A model generated the notes under the pieces. The model had not been told where the DNA came from and made no database searches. It was given only the letters and a program-made list of their open reading frames with translations. A stretch of 60,237 nucleotides of DNA, counting the filler, from Squatina squatina (Eukaryota), in the NCBI GenBank assembly GCA_031763465.1. It is 3 parts of 3 records of this genome, joined end to end, with 100 filler letters (N's around TTAATTAATTAA, not from the genome) between each part and the next. Parts side by side here need not be neighbours in the genome. Positions count along the whole stretch, not along the records: positions 23,025 to 39,178 come from JARFOE010000120.1; positions 39,279 to 60,237 come from JARFOE010000001.1; 1 more part is not named here. The stretch is one strand, 5' to 3'. Made by a program: the position numbers and the translations under genes. How positions within the stretch are numbered: position 1 is the stretch's first letter; each line of letters opens with the position of its first letter. Positions 37,152-46,675 of the stretch are shown in pieces.

Positions 37152-38312
37152 TCTGAACAGGACCTCCCTGCGAGCTCTGCCTCTCTCCACCAGAACAGAA
37201 GCGGATGCATCATTAAACCTTGCTGCGGCCCTGTGCCTTTGTGCATCCATGAGCGACACTTGGTAGTAGTAGCCAGAGCTCTACAGATAGCCTTCCACCT
37301 CCTTCATCAACCTCTAAATGAAATGTATGCAAGGCTGCTTTAAATATTGGTGCTGAAAACGGATCATCGATGACATCACCAGACCCGCTCCATTTAATAG
37401 GGCCAGGAAACATGCATGAGTCTTTCAATTGTAGCCATTAAGTAAAAGTCGCATTGAACAACGCCCTGCTCAGAACACCGCATTGCAGACCCGCCACACA
37501 CCCTGTACGCACAAAACCCGACTCCAAAGTAAAGATTCTGACCTTACCGTTTGTGCTTTTAAGTTTTTACTCCACCACTGTTTTCCATAGATCTGGTTAC
37601 GGAACACTTTCCAAAACAAAAATCTCACCCCATTTTTAAGCTAATTTGTTTTCACCCTCTTTCTTTTAGTTTGCCTGTATCGGCAAAACTACTCAAGTTA
37701 AAAGTTTAGGATTCTTTGCTGCTTTGCTGAAAAGTTAATGTCAGGAGCAGTTCTGCATCTCCACTAAACCACTGAACTGTAGATGAGTTTTTCCTGGCAA
37801 CTTGTAAGCTGACTCTGTTTCCCAGGCAGCACATATTACAGGCAGGTTTTCCAGTTAAGTTCTGTGACACCCTTCCAGCAACTGGCTCTTATTTTTGTTG
37901 TCTTCCATCAAAAAACTTCAAATGTGAAAGTTGCTTCCATTTCTCCAGAAAGGCTTGTCAAAAACGACCAACATGCACCAAAAATCTTTGTAGATTGGAC
38001 GGTTTGCTCAAAACTCCTGCATTTACTGTGAGTCAATCTTCAGAACTGTGTTTGCAGTCTATATCTTCCAAAGAAAAACAGGTTGCAATCACCCACATTC
38101 CCATTAGCCAGTCTTAAGGTAGCTTGCGAGCAGCAGACAGATTAAAATTGACGTACCCCCCCTTTCCCTTAGTGACTAAAGCAAACAAATGTGCGTACAG
38201 TTTTAGTTTGTCCTGTGGATCTCCTTAGTTTGAGAGCCGTTCTCCCTGCTGTTGGAAGGGTTGAATGCACATGCTCAGTACATGCCTCTTCATCTGTAAG
38301 ATGGCGCAGGAC

Positions 38313-38336
38313 TCACACAGCAGACTGGTCCCAGGA
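38313..38336 (-). CDS. CIT: CIT (citron kinase) terminal coding exon with PDZ-binding C-terminus
   Basis: gaacag| acceptor then TCC TGG GAC CAG TCT GCT GTG TGA = SWDQSAV*; human CIT ends VWDQSSV. Confidence 0.88.
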   Translation of the reverse strand, partial: SWDQSAV

Positions 38337-38458
38337 CTGTTCAATGTGAACAGATTCGTGTTAATACCATTCATTATTTAGACAAGCGACAATGAACAGG
38401 GTTAATGTGTGCACTTAAGTACTTAATCCTAAATTACAGCTAATTATGTGGAAGATAC

Positions 38459-38750
38459 CTTGGTAACCGGGGTCCTTGTGGATCCTGCAGGTAAACGCAT
38501 GACACCCCCTCTGTTTTCATCCAACATCCTTCCCGGTGACCTCTCCCTGCTGGCATCCAAAGGTCTGCCTGGAGATTTCTCCCTCTCCAAGCCTCTCCGT
38601 GGTGATTTGTCCCTTCTCATCTCCTGTCTACCTTCTCTGTACCTGACAGACCTGTTCAAATCCTGAGGTGAATTTTCTCTTGGGCAAGGTGCCAACTTCT
38701 TTGACATGTGCTCATTGTAGGAGGGAAGGCCCCGCTTGTTAGGACTGCTG
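38459..38750 (-). CDS. CIT: CIT (citron kinase) penultimate coding exon
   Basis: [18 protein letters not shown]...[39 protein letters not shown]...[13 protein letters not shown] matches human SPNKRGPPTYNEH...[27 protein letters not shown]...RLPAGAVRTP; acceptor ccag|cagcag, donor AAG|gtatct. Confidence 0.92.
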
Positions 38751-39178
38751 CTGGTCACACAGAAGGAAAAATATTTCTGGTCAGGCATCTAAAATTCAAA
38801 GTTTCAACAACATGAAAGCCAAGACATTAACAAGGGGTATCAATAGGTTCAGGTTTTCAGACCGATTCAATGATTACAGTGATGAAAACCGATGCTTAAG
38901 TCACTAAGTAAACTACCTCGACTTATGGATTAAAAAATTGACAACTGGGTAGAAAAAAAAGTGGCTGTTCTAAACAGAAATCGTCATTACTGTCCAAGCA
39001 AGTTGTTTTTGTACGTGATCAGCCCTGATGTCGACACCACAACTTTTTGGGGTTTTGGTTGATGGGAGAGAGGGGAAAGATAAGAGTAATAAGAGAACAC
39101 ATTTATAAACATGATATAAATCAGTGAGATATTAATAGTTGCAAATACACCAGTCTCTTATAAACACATAAATAGTAA

Positions 39179-39278
39179 NNNNNNNNNNNNNNNNNNNNNN
39201 NNNNNNNNNNNNNNNNNNNNNNTTAATTAATTAANNNNNNNNNNNNNNNNNNNNNNNNNNNNNNNNNNNNNNNNNNNN
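39179..39278. other. Artificial scaffold spacer 44N-TTAATTAATTAA-44N
   Basis: Same construct as 22925-23024; separates the CIT and ZNF532 fragments. Confidence 0.95.
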
Positions 39279-39496
39279 GTTCATGTGACCTTTCAGAGCA
39301 AGAGTGCCAATTTAGTTAATTTAGGATGAGCTTTGCCCTGCAGGCATATTCCCTGAAACTGGATTGAGGTTGTCCAAACTCTATTTACATGGAACCCTTA
39401 CAGCCAGCAATAACATTTTAGGGAATAGAAGTGCTGCCTCAGAGTAATAAAAATCTTTGTGCACAATCTAATAACACGCATGCTTACAGTACTTAC

Positions 39497-39657
39497 TTAG
39501 CTTCTCCTATTTTGATGCCTGGGTGCTGGGTGTAGGCGTGTGAATGAGTACTCGGTGCCGACTTGAAAGCCATGGGGCAAATAGGACATTTATAGAAGAT
39601 CTCGCAGTGGGCACCTTGGATGTGAGACTTGAGTGCAGCTAGGTCAGCATAGACGAC
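39497..39657 (-). CDS. ZNF532: ZNF532 C2H2 zinc-finger exon (5' end lost in a gap)
   Basis: [54 protein letters not shown] is nearly identical to human ZNF532; donor AA|gtaagt at 39496-39491. Confidence 0.93.
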
Positions 39658-40120
39658 NNNNNNNNNNGCGTCAGAAATAAAATAGACAGAGCATCCTTGC
39701 GACAAGCTGAAATTTAATTTCTTATATAGAAAGTGCAGCATTGAATTTCCCCGTGCATTTACACTGCCTGAGGTGTGGGTCCAAGCCATTTTTTTTTTGT
39801 TTGTCTGCAGCACCTCTGCTGGCAGCACCACTGCCTCATTTCCTCCTCCCCCATTTTGTGCCAAATTCCTGGCTACAGTCAGAAATGAAGAAGCATTTAC
39901 AGCCAAAACACTATTCCATACTTTTCAAATGCAGACGGGCCTGCTGTGCATATTCTGCGGGTTAAAATTTATATTTGGACTGAGTGGGCTGACGGGATAC
40001 CAGGAGAGGTGGGGAATATATTGAAAGGGGGAAAAGAAAAGGAGAATTTAAACCCCATCTACATCAATATTTTAGAAATACGGTAATAAACTCACTGACT
40101 AGCACAAAAACACAACTAAC

Positions 40121-40299
40121 CGGTATCCCACTTTGCGGGTGTAGTGCAGGCAGTTCCTGGTGACGTGAGTCTGAAAGTGCGAGGACCTGCAAATCGCTCC
40201 ACATTCTGGGCATGTGTATGGAGATTTGTGCTGATGAATTCTTAAGTGCGATGAAAAACTGCACTTGTTGGGAAGTAACATCTGGCAGATCTGACATGT
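40121..40299 (-). CDS. ZNF532: ZNF532 C2H2 zinc-finger exon, 179 nt
   Basis: atacag| and |gttagt; [60 protein letters not shown]. Confidence 0.93.
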
Positions 40300-40379
40300 C
40301 TGTATTGTGGATAACACATAACGATTTGCAGTTAATAACTTGACCTGCCCACGACATGATACAACATCACTGCAAACTA

Positions 40380-40750
40380 TAAGAACAACATCTTCCATTT
40401 ATATGGTGCCCTTATCATAGGAGCTTCACAGAGGCAACCTCGGACAAAAGTGGATGCTGACCCAGAGCAGGAGATATTGGGAAGGATAGCCAAATGCTTG
40501 GTCAAAGAGGTGAGCTTTAAGGAGGGCCTTAAAAGGAGGAAAGGCAAAGGAGTTGAGGGAGGAAATTCCAGAGAGTTGGGCCTATAAGTCTGAAGGGATA
40601 GCTGCAAATAGAAAGGCAAATGGAGGGAGAATGCATGAGGCTAGAGTTGGAGGAATGAAAGTTCTGTGAGGTGGGTTGTAAAACTGGGGCAGATCACAGA
40701 GTTAGAAAGGGGCAAGACCAAGCAGGGATTTAAATACAGTGATTAGAATT
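40380..40750 (-). mobile_element. L2-clade LINE 3' fragment
   Basis: aacaacatcttccatttatatggtgcc tail; ggtcaaagaggtgagctttaagga reads LKAHLFD on -; ggaaattccagagagttgggcc reads GPTLWN on -; these fit the L2 ORF2 end. Confidence 0.65.
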
Positions 40751-40756
40751 TTTTTA

Positions 40757-40846
40757 TAAAAGCAGAAAATGCTGGGAATACTCAGCAGGTCTGTGGAGAA
40801 AGAAACAGAGTTAACGTTTCAGGTCGATGACCCTTCTTCAGAACCC
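40757..40846 (-). mobile_element. Penelope-like element terminal fragment containing a hammerhead motif
   Basis: aaaagcagaaaatgctgggaatactcagcaggtc...acagagttaacgtttcaggtcgatgacccttcttcagaac, a PLE terminal-repeat-type sequence. Confidence 0.65.
40808..40846 (-). ncRNA. Minimal type I hammerhead ribozyme motif (Penelope-associated)
   Basis: On -: GGGUU-CUGAAGA-AGGGUCAUCGACCU-GAAAC-GUU-AACUC, i.e. stem I, CUGANGA, stem II, GAAA, palindromic short stem III, NUH and stem I'. Confidence 0.65.
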
Positions 40847-40849
40847 GTC

Positions 40850-41243
40850 AGGGCTTGGAGAACGATCAGGTGGGGAGAGGGGGCTGGGAAGGTGATCGGA
40901 GACCGGGGGGGGGGCGGGGGGAAAATCGGAGACCTTGTATAAAGGCACCTACCTCCTGGATCCAGCAGTCCTTACCTTCCATTCGTTGTTGGGTTTACGG
41001 AAGCCTGCGAAACCCGACCAGCCACAGTTAAATTTAAAATGGTAGTTAAATCTGAGGCACGCCAACCTCATTATAATACTTAAATAGGTGACCCACCTCC
41101 TGGGAGCGGGTTGGCTTCCCGCTTCTGTTAAAACTGGAAGTGGGCAGATTTGTGGCAGATTGGGGCTGGGATTCAGATTTTTTAACACTTTAACCTCCCA
41201 CCCGATCCCAACCCACCTGTTTTTTGGCGTTAAAGTTCCACCC
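40850..41243. mobile_element. Non-autonomous DNA transposon (MITE/Harbinger-type) 3' part
   Basis: G-rich gatc repeats followed by a body ending gttaaagttccacccc, the GGG-N-AATT/ACTT-type terminus seen in related blocks. Confidence 0.5.
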
Positions 41244-41454
41244 CGCAAAGATGGAAATAATAAAAAAGAACAGATGCCGAACATGCTGGGAGAGTTAGGA
41301 GAGGTTACCAAGAATTTGGTTCAAAGGTTTTAAGAAGTCTATTAAAGGCGGAATGGTTTAGAGGAGAGAGCAGGGCTGAGGTGGTCGAAGTGGGGCAAAG
41401 GGAGGGGGGTTACATAAAAAGCCAGAGGCAGAGGAATTCAGTGTTTAGGGATAC

Positions 41455-41942
41455 GGGGTGGGGGAGATTGTAGGGAGGAACGATCGTGGGGTGGTGGAGA
41501 TCGTGGGCAGGAAACAATCGCGGGGAGAGGGAGATCACGGGGAGGGGCAGATCGTGGGCAGTGAATGATCACGGGGAGGTGGAGATCGCGGGGAGGGTAC
41601 GATTGTCGGGAGGAACGATTGTGAGGAGTAACGGATCGCGGGGAGGAAACAATCGTGGGGAGGAATGATCATGAGGAGGAAAGATCGTGAGAAGGGAAAG
41701 ATCGCGAGGAGGGAATGATCGTGGGGAAGAACAATCGTGGGGAGGAACGATCGTGAGAAGGGAAGGATCGCGGGGAGGGAACGATCGTCGGGAGTGGAGC
41801 TCGTGGGTGGGGGAGACCGTAGGGAGGGGGTGATCATGGGCAGGGGCAGATCGTAGGGAGGGGGAGATCGTGGGGTGGGAACGATCGCGGGGAGGGGGAG
41901 ATCGTAGGGAGGGAATGATCGTAGGAAGGGAACGATCGCGGT
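41455..41942. repeat. G-rich ~16-18 bp minisatellite (GATCGYGGGGAGGRA)
   Basis: Roughly 25-30 degenerate tandem copies of gatcgtgggg/gatcgcgggg plus purine linkers. Confidence 0.9.
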
Positions 41943-42117
41943 GTAGAATTCAATACAAAATGGAGAATATTTGGGCAAGCCAGTGACACAAAATGGAAGA
42001 CAAGACAACCAGAAGTANNNNNNNNNNNNNNNNNNNNNNNNNNNNNNNNNNNNNNNNNNNNNNNNNNNNNNNNNNNNNNNNNNNNNNNNNNNNNNNNNNN
42101 NNNNNNNNNNNNNNNNN

Positions 42118-43434
42118 GAAAAGGCCATATCCAACCATTTGCACCACAGCCTCACACACTGCTCAATGCACCACACCCCCATCAGTCACCTACCAACAAT
42201 CTCTATCTATCACCACTCACACCTCGCAATCAGAGTTTCACTTTACCCTCACAACCTTACCATTGTTGCAACACTCACAGCCGCACCTCACACCTTGCAC
42301 ACACTGACAGCTATGGCAGGCACATCACCCAAATATATTACACCACACTCACTCACACGCTTCCCTTTTGCAGGCCAAGGTGGCACAGAACAGGAGTGAG
42401 CAGCAACAGATGGGAGGATGCCAAGCCATGACTGCGAACCTGATGACCTCAAGGAATCCGTCCTTGAAATCATTGGAGGGGCAGTGACAGAATCCGTGGC
42501 CAGTTAAGTTGAAATCATTGCTGATGATGATGGTATGGTCATACCTAATCCTTCTTCTCACATCCCACTTTCCCCTCATCCCACAATCTCTTCTCACTTA
42601 CAAGTTGCTGGTGCTGTATGCATGCATATCTTGCTCTCTGAACCATCCGCTCTCCATAACCCAACCATTGTGCCTTTCTGCTTTCAGATAACCAGGATCA
42701 AGCAGCAGAGCCTGTCCCCGAGACGATGCAGGAGAGTGAAGGGGGGAGAAGAAAAAGTCATGATGTCACTGCATCTGTCACTCAAAGGCACCAGCTCAGA
42801 AACTGGCACTGCGTGTAATTTAGATGGTAGTGTCGATGCAGGATCTGCACAGGGTGAGGTACCAGGCAAGAGTGGGCTGCAGCAAGGCCGGGGGATAAGG
42901 TAGCTCAGGGCCAGGTCACCGGAGGGCGAGGTCGCGTTGAGTTCTGTTGCACATGACTCAGATGAGGACCTCGATGGGGTGGCCTTCAGAAGAAGGGCAT
43001 GCACACCGAATTGCTAGGTGCAATGGCAAGCCTGCCAGAGAGCCTCTCGGCAATGTCAAGGAGCGTGGAAGAGTGCGCCTCCAACATTGGTCGGGGCTTT
43101 GCGCAGAACTTGGAAATGATGGAAAACTCCAGGAGAGACCATGTCGACAAGATGTGGCGTGTGATGGGCAATGTTGTGGCTGCCATTGCAGCACAGGAGG
43201 ATGTGACCCAACACCTCAGTGCTGCAGTGGAAATGCGGAGTGCTTTCCTGCAGTCTCAGCTTGATATCACGCAAGATAAGACTGTTACCATCATGGCTGG
43301 TTTTACTACTGTCGAATAGGGCTTGCAGAGTGTTGCAGCAGTCCAGCAATCTGTCCTCCAAAAGATTGCTTCAAATGTTGGGGCGGCGTCCCGGGGGCGG
43401 GGCAGCAGGTCAGTGGAGCAGGACCCTACTGTCC
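42118..43434 (+). mobile_element. Degraded Harbinger/PIF transposon Myb/SANT-like gene (spliced)
   Basis: After acceptor cccttttgcag| (42373): AKVAQNRSEQQQMGG...ESVLEIIG, matching the Harbinger Myb-protein motif KxAHNRRE..TGGG...EERVLEIIG; second acceptor ctgctttcag| near 42688, then a low-complexity/coiled-coil region with frameshifts. Confidence 0.6.
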
Positions 43435-43534
43435 NNNNNNNNNNNNNNNNNNNNNNNNNNNNNNNNNNNNNNNNNNNNNNNNNNNNNNNNNNNNNNNNNN
43501 NNNNNNNNNNNNNNNNNNNNNNNNNNNNNNNNNN

Positions 43535-45855
43535 AGAATGGGAGTATTGGCAGGCGCAGAGATCACTGCACTGGGTATGCTCGTGACAGTTTTTGCAAGA
43601 GCACTTGCAGTGCCACCTGCAGACGTTAAGAGCGGCGCAGATATAGTAACAGAAGAAACCGTCGTACTGGAACTGGGAACAATCATCTGGTCCGCAGGAA
43701 TGGGTTTCATGATCAGATGAGAACACTGCATTACCACGCCTTTGTCTTTGTGCCCGCGAGCATGAGAAAGAAGACTGCACTTGTTGAAGAAAACCAAGTT
43801 CTTTGCACAGTGGTTGCACGTCACTTCAATCCGCACGCTCCTCCGGTCATAATGCTGTGCCAAACTCTTCTCCAAAGCAAACGAGTCACCACATTCTAAG
43901 CACTTGTAACCACGAAGTGGTATAGTGATATTGGCACTAGTTGGAGGATTAAGGTTAGGTGTGTAGATAGGGACCGGATTTACACTGCTCAGCACCTTGT
44001 TAAACGTCTCAACCACTGCGTTCTGGGAATGGGCCACCACATGAACTCTAGATACCTTTTTAGGAGGCTGGGTGGAAGCAGCAGCGATTAGTGTCTGCTT
44101 TATGGGCTGTTGCGCTTTGGAAAGCACCTGACGGAGTTCAGAAGTGGACTGGGCAGTCTGAGGCAGAAGGTTAAGGTTAGCGAGGTGGACAGTCTTTGGC
44201 ACGAGTTTGGCATTTGCAAGGCTGGATGCTGGTACGACCACAGTTTGCTGCTGCATAGCATTGGCAGCCTTCAGGATGGCACTGCTGGCACTCTGAACTG
44301 AGGCAGCAGAAATCACGGTGGCTTTGACTGTAGTGTTGTTCGCAAACTTCAGGTTGATCACCTGCGATCCTGCCGTCTTCACAGCAGACACTGGAAGGAA
44401 AGCAGTGGCAACAGGTTTAATTGTAACCTGTTTTTGAGCAACTTCAGGAGACATTACTGTATTAGAAGCTGTAACAAGCGCCGATTGCACTGGTGTCGTA
44501 GGAGGCGAAGACACAGCAGACTCAGCAGGCGGGGACGACAAAAGTGATGAGACAACCATGGAGTTTGCCTGTTCTGGTCCTCTTCTACCAAGCTCTTGCT
44601 CAACATCTGGCATGATTCTGGTCACTGTTCGGGTAATTTCACCAGATGATGTTTTGATGGTCTTGATGCGGACCTTGGGGATTGCAGGCGGTGAGCTTGC
44701 AGNNNNNNNNNNNNNNNNNNNNNNNNNNNNNNNNNNNNNNNNNNNNNNNNNNNNNNNNNNNNNNNNNNNNNNNNNNNNNNNNNNNNNNNNNNNNNNNNNN
44801 NNNNNNNNNTCTGGAGATTTTTCAGTGACTCTAGGGCTTTCTCGAGATTCTTTTAAAACCGGAGAAGGCCCCCTAGAGACAGACTGAGGCTCCTTACTGG
44901 TATCTGCTGCAGCCTTTTTAGCATTCAAAGCAGCAATTGCTGCAATGCACGAGGAAAGCTTGGAGGAGGACTTAGCCCTAAGATTTGAAGAACAAGTGAC
45001 ATTCACACTGGTTTTCTCACCACTTTTGCCATCGAGGGCTCTGTTATCAAGCTGCTTTTCAGAGGAATTTTTAAAGCTCTTTTCAGTGTCCTCGTCAGAC
45101 AATTTCTCATCCACATTTCGGGCTTTAAATGTCTCAAGAATCCCTGAATTAACACTGGGGCTTTCACTCTCTCTGCTGCTTTTCAATATCTTACCCTTTT
45201 CTTCAGCATCTGGGATGGACACTTCCGGCTTGTCCACGTTCTCCCCTCCTGGCTTCCTCGTCTTCTCACATTCTCGCTCAGCAGTCGGACCTGGAAGTAC
45301 GTTTGCTTGGAAAACTGGTTGGCTTTCCACTTTGACATGCGGAGGATCATCAACCTCTATTTTATCGTCATCCTCAAACTCTTCTGCACTAGAAATGGGG
45401 CTGAACTGGTTAAACGCAGAGTCTTTGAGTCCGGTTTCAGGGCCATCAGCTCTTGACAAATCTAGTTTTGCTTCGGTCCCTGTCGGTCCTTCACACCTGA
45501 CTGTCTTACTGTCCGAATCCTTAGAATCCCCATCTAGAGTTGACACACTGAGGAAGCCATTGTGCAAGCCATTGCCTGAAGAATGATGATTTTCTTTATC
45601 TAGAGCTGGGGTTTCCGTCATTGTGGCTGCAGTCTCACATGAATCAAGAGNNNNNNNNNNNNNNNNNNNNNNNNNNNNNNNNNNNNNNNNNNNNNNNNNN
45701 NNNNNNNNNNNNNNNNNNNNNNNNNNNNNNNNNNNNNNNNNNNNNNNNNNNNNNNNNNNNNNNNNNNNNNNNNNNNNNNNNNNNNNNNNNNNNNNNNNNN
45801 NNNNNNNNNNNNNNNNNNNNNNNNNNNNNNNNNNTGGGGTTTTCATATCCCCCAT
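43535..45855 (-). CDS. ZNF532: ZNF532 first large coding exon (3' end lost in a gap)
   Basis: Starts MGDMKTP (ATG 45855; acceptor tcttgcag| at 45882); contains GNGLHNGFL, FSPISSAEEF, SSKLSSCIAAIAAL, IPKVRIKTIKTSSGEI and GYKCLECGDSFALEKSL..HYDRRSVRIEVTCNHC; frame preserved across two sized gaps. Confidence 0.97.
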
Positions 45856-46285
45856 GATCGTCAATTTATAGGTATGCAAAGCTGCAAGAAGAGCAAAAAA
45901 ATAAAGTTACACCTTTTGACATCATTAATGCAGTTTTCTTTCTTGTAACTGACAAACTGACAGTTTGATTCCTTTCCCAGCTCACCTGCTTGGATTGGCA
46001 AAATTACTATTATGTAAACTAGATACCAATGAGGCAAAATGAACCGCAGGAAGCATGCTAGAACTGATGTCTGAAAAACTCAATTTAATCAGAATCACAG
46101 ACCACCTGAATTTATAGAATGCAACTCTCTAAATTTAAAGCTTTATTTCTGAGCCCTCACCAAATAGTTCACCCACAGGGTTTGTACGTAAGGAGTCAAT
46201 TTTGGTTCAAGGCTCAAATGAACCTTATTACTTGACATATCAAACTTCTTGCAAAAACTGTCCACAAATTTATTAAGTTTTAAAG

Positions 46286-46372
46286 AAAACAAAAAAGACA
46301 AAAAAAGCATGTATTTATATAGCGCCTTTAACGACTTCAATACATCCCAAAACGCTTTACAGCCAATGAAGA
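46286..46372 (-). mobile_element. Deu-domain SINE 3' tail
   Basis: Reverse complement cttcattggctgtaaagcgttttgggatgt...aaaggcgctatataaatacatgc matches 25792-25843. Confidence 0.75.
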
Positions 46373-46554
46373 GCATTGGCCCTGGAGAGCATCAGACCTG
46401 CATGGGAGCACCTCGGGGCTGGCGGGAATAAAAGTGGCAGCGGCAGGCAGCAGCAGGGAGGCCCAGGAGAGCACCCCCTCACAGAGTCCAGCGGCAGAGT
46501 TCGGGGTGATGTCATGTTTCAAAAAAGTGGCGCGGCGCAGGGGAGCCAGCCGAT

Positions 46555-46675
46555 TGGGTAGGAGCAGCAGAGCTTAAACCAGGGCAGGAGCAGCAGGACC
46601 TACACCAGAGCAGGAGCAGCAGGAGCAAAGCCGACACTAGGTCAGGAGCAGAGCCTACGCCAGGGCAGGAGCAGC
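46555..46675. repeat. Short tandem repeat (ccagggcaggagcagcagga) inside a GC-rich element
   Basis: caggagcagc recurs about five times with ccag/cctac linkers; the surrounding 46375-47148 block is MITE-like and ends gccaatttccagccc. Confidence 0.7.

Noticed and set aside
39668-39906. N-terminal part of the 137-aa ORF upstream of the ZNF532 finger exon
   Set aside because: No similarity to ZNF532; it is intronic/repeat sequence joined across a 10-N gap.
41535-42182. 215-aa Pro-rich ORF
   Set aside because: Translation of the G-rich minisatellite, crossing a gap.
43426-43434. 'GQ*' ending of the 817-aa ORF resembling the human ZNF532 exon end (...TSGQ)
   Set aside because: It lies beyond a default 100-N gap that is too short for the ~44 missing codons, has no GT after the Gln codon, and is continuous with transposon sequence.
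44945-45586. 213-aa plus-strand ORF and other antisense ORFs over ZNF532, CIT and MALT1 exons
   Set aside because: Antisense shadows of real coding exons.
38313-45855. Single ZNF532-CIT fusion gene on the minus strand
   Set aside because: The two parts are separated by the artificial TTAATTAATTAA spacer.
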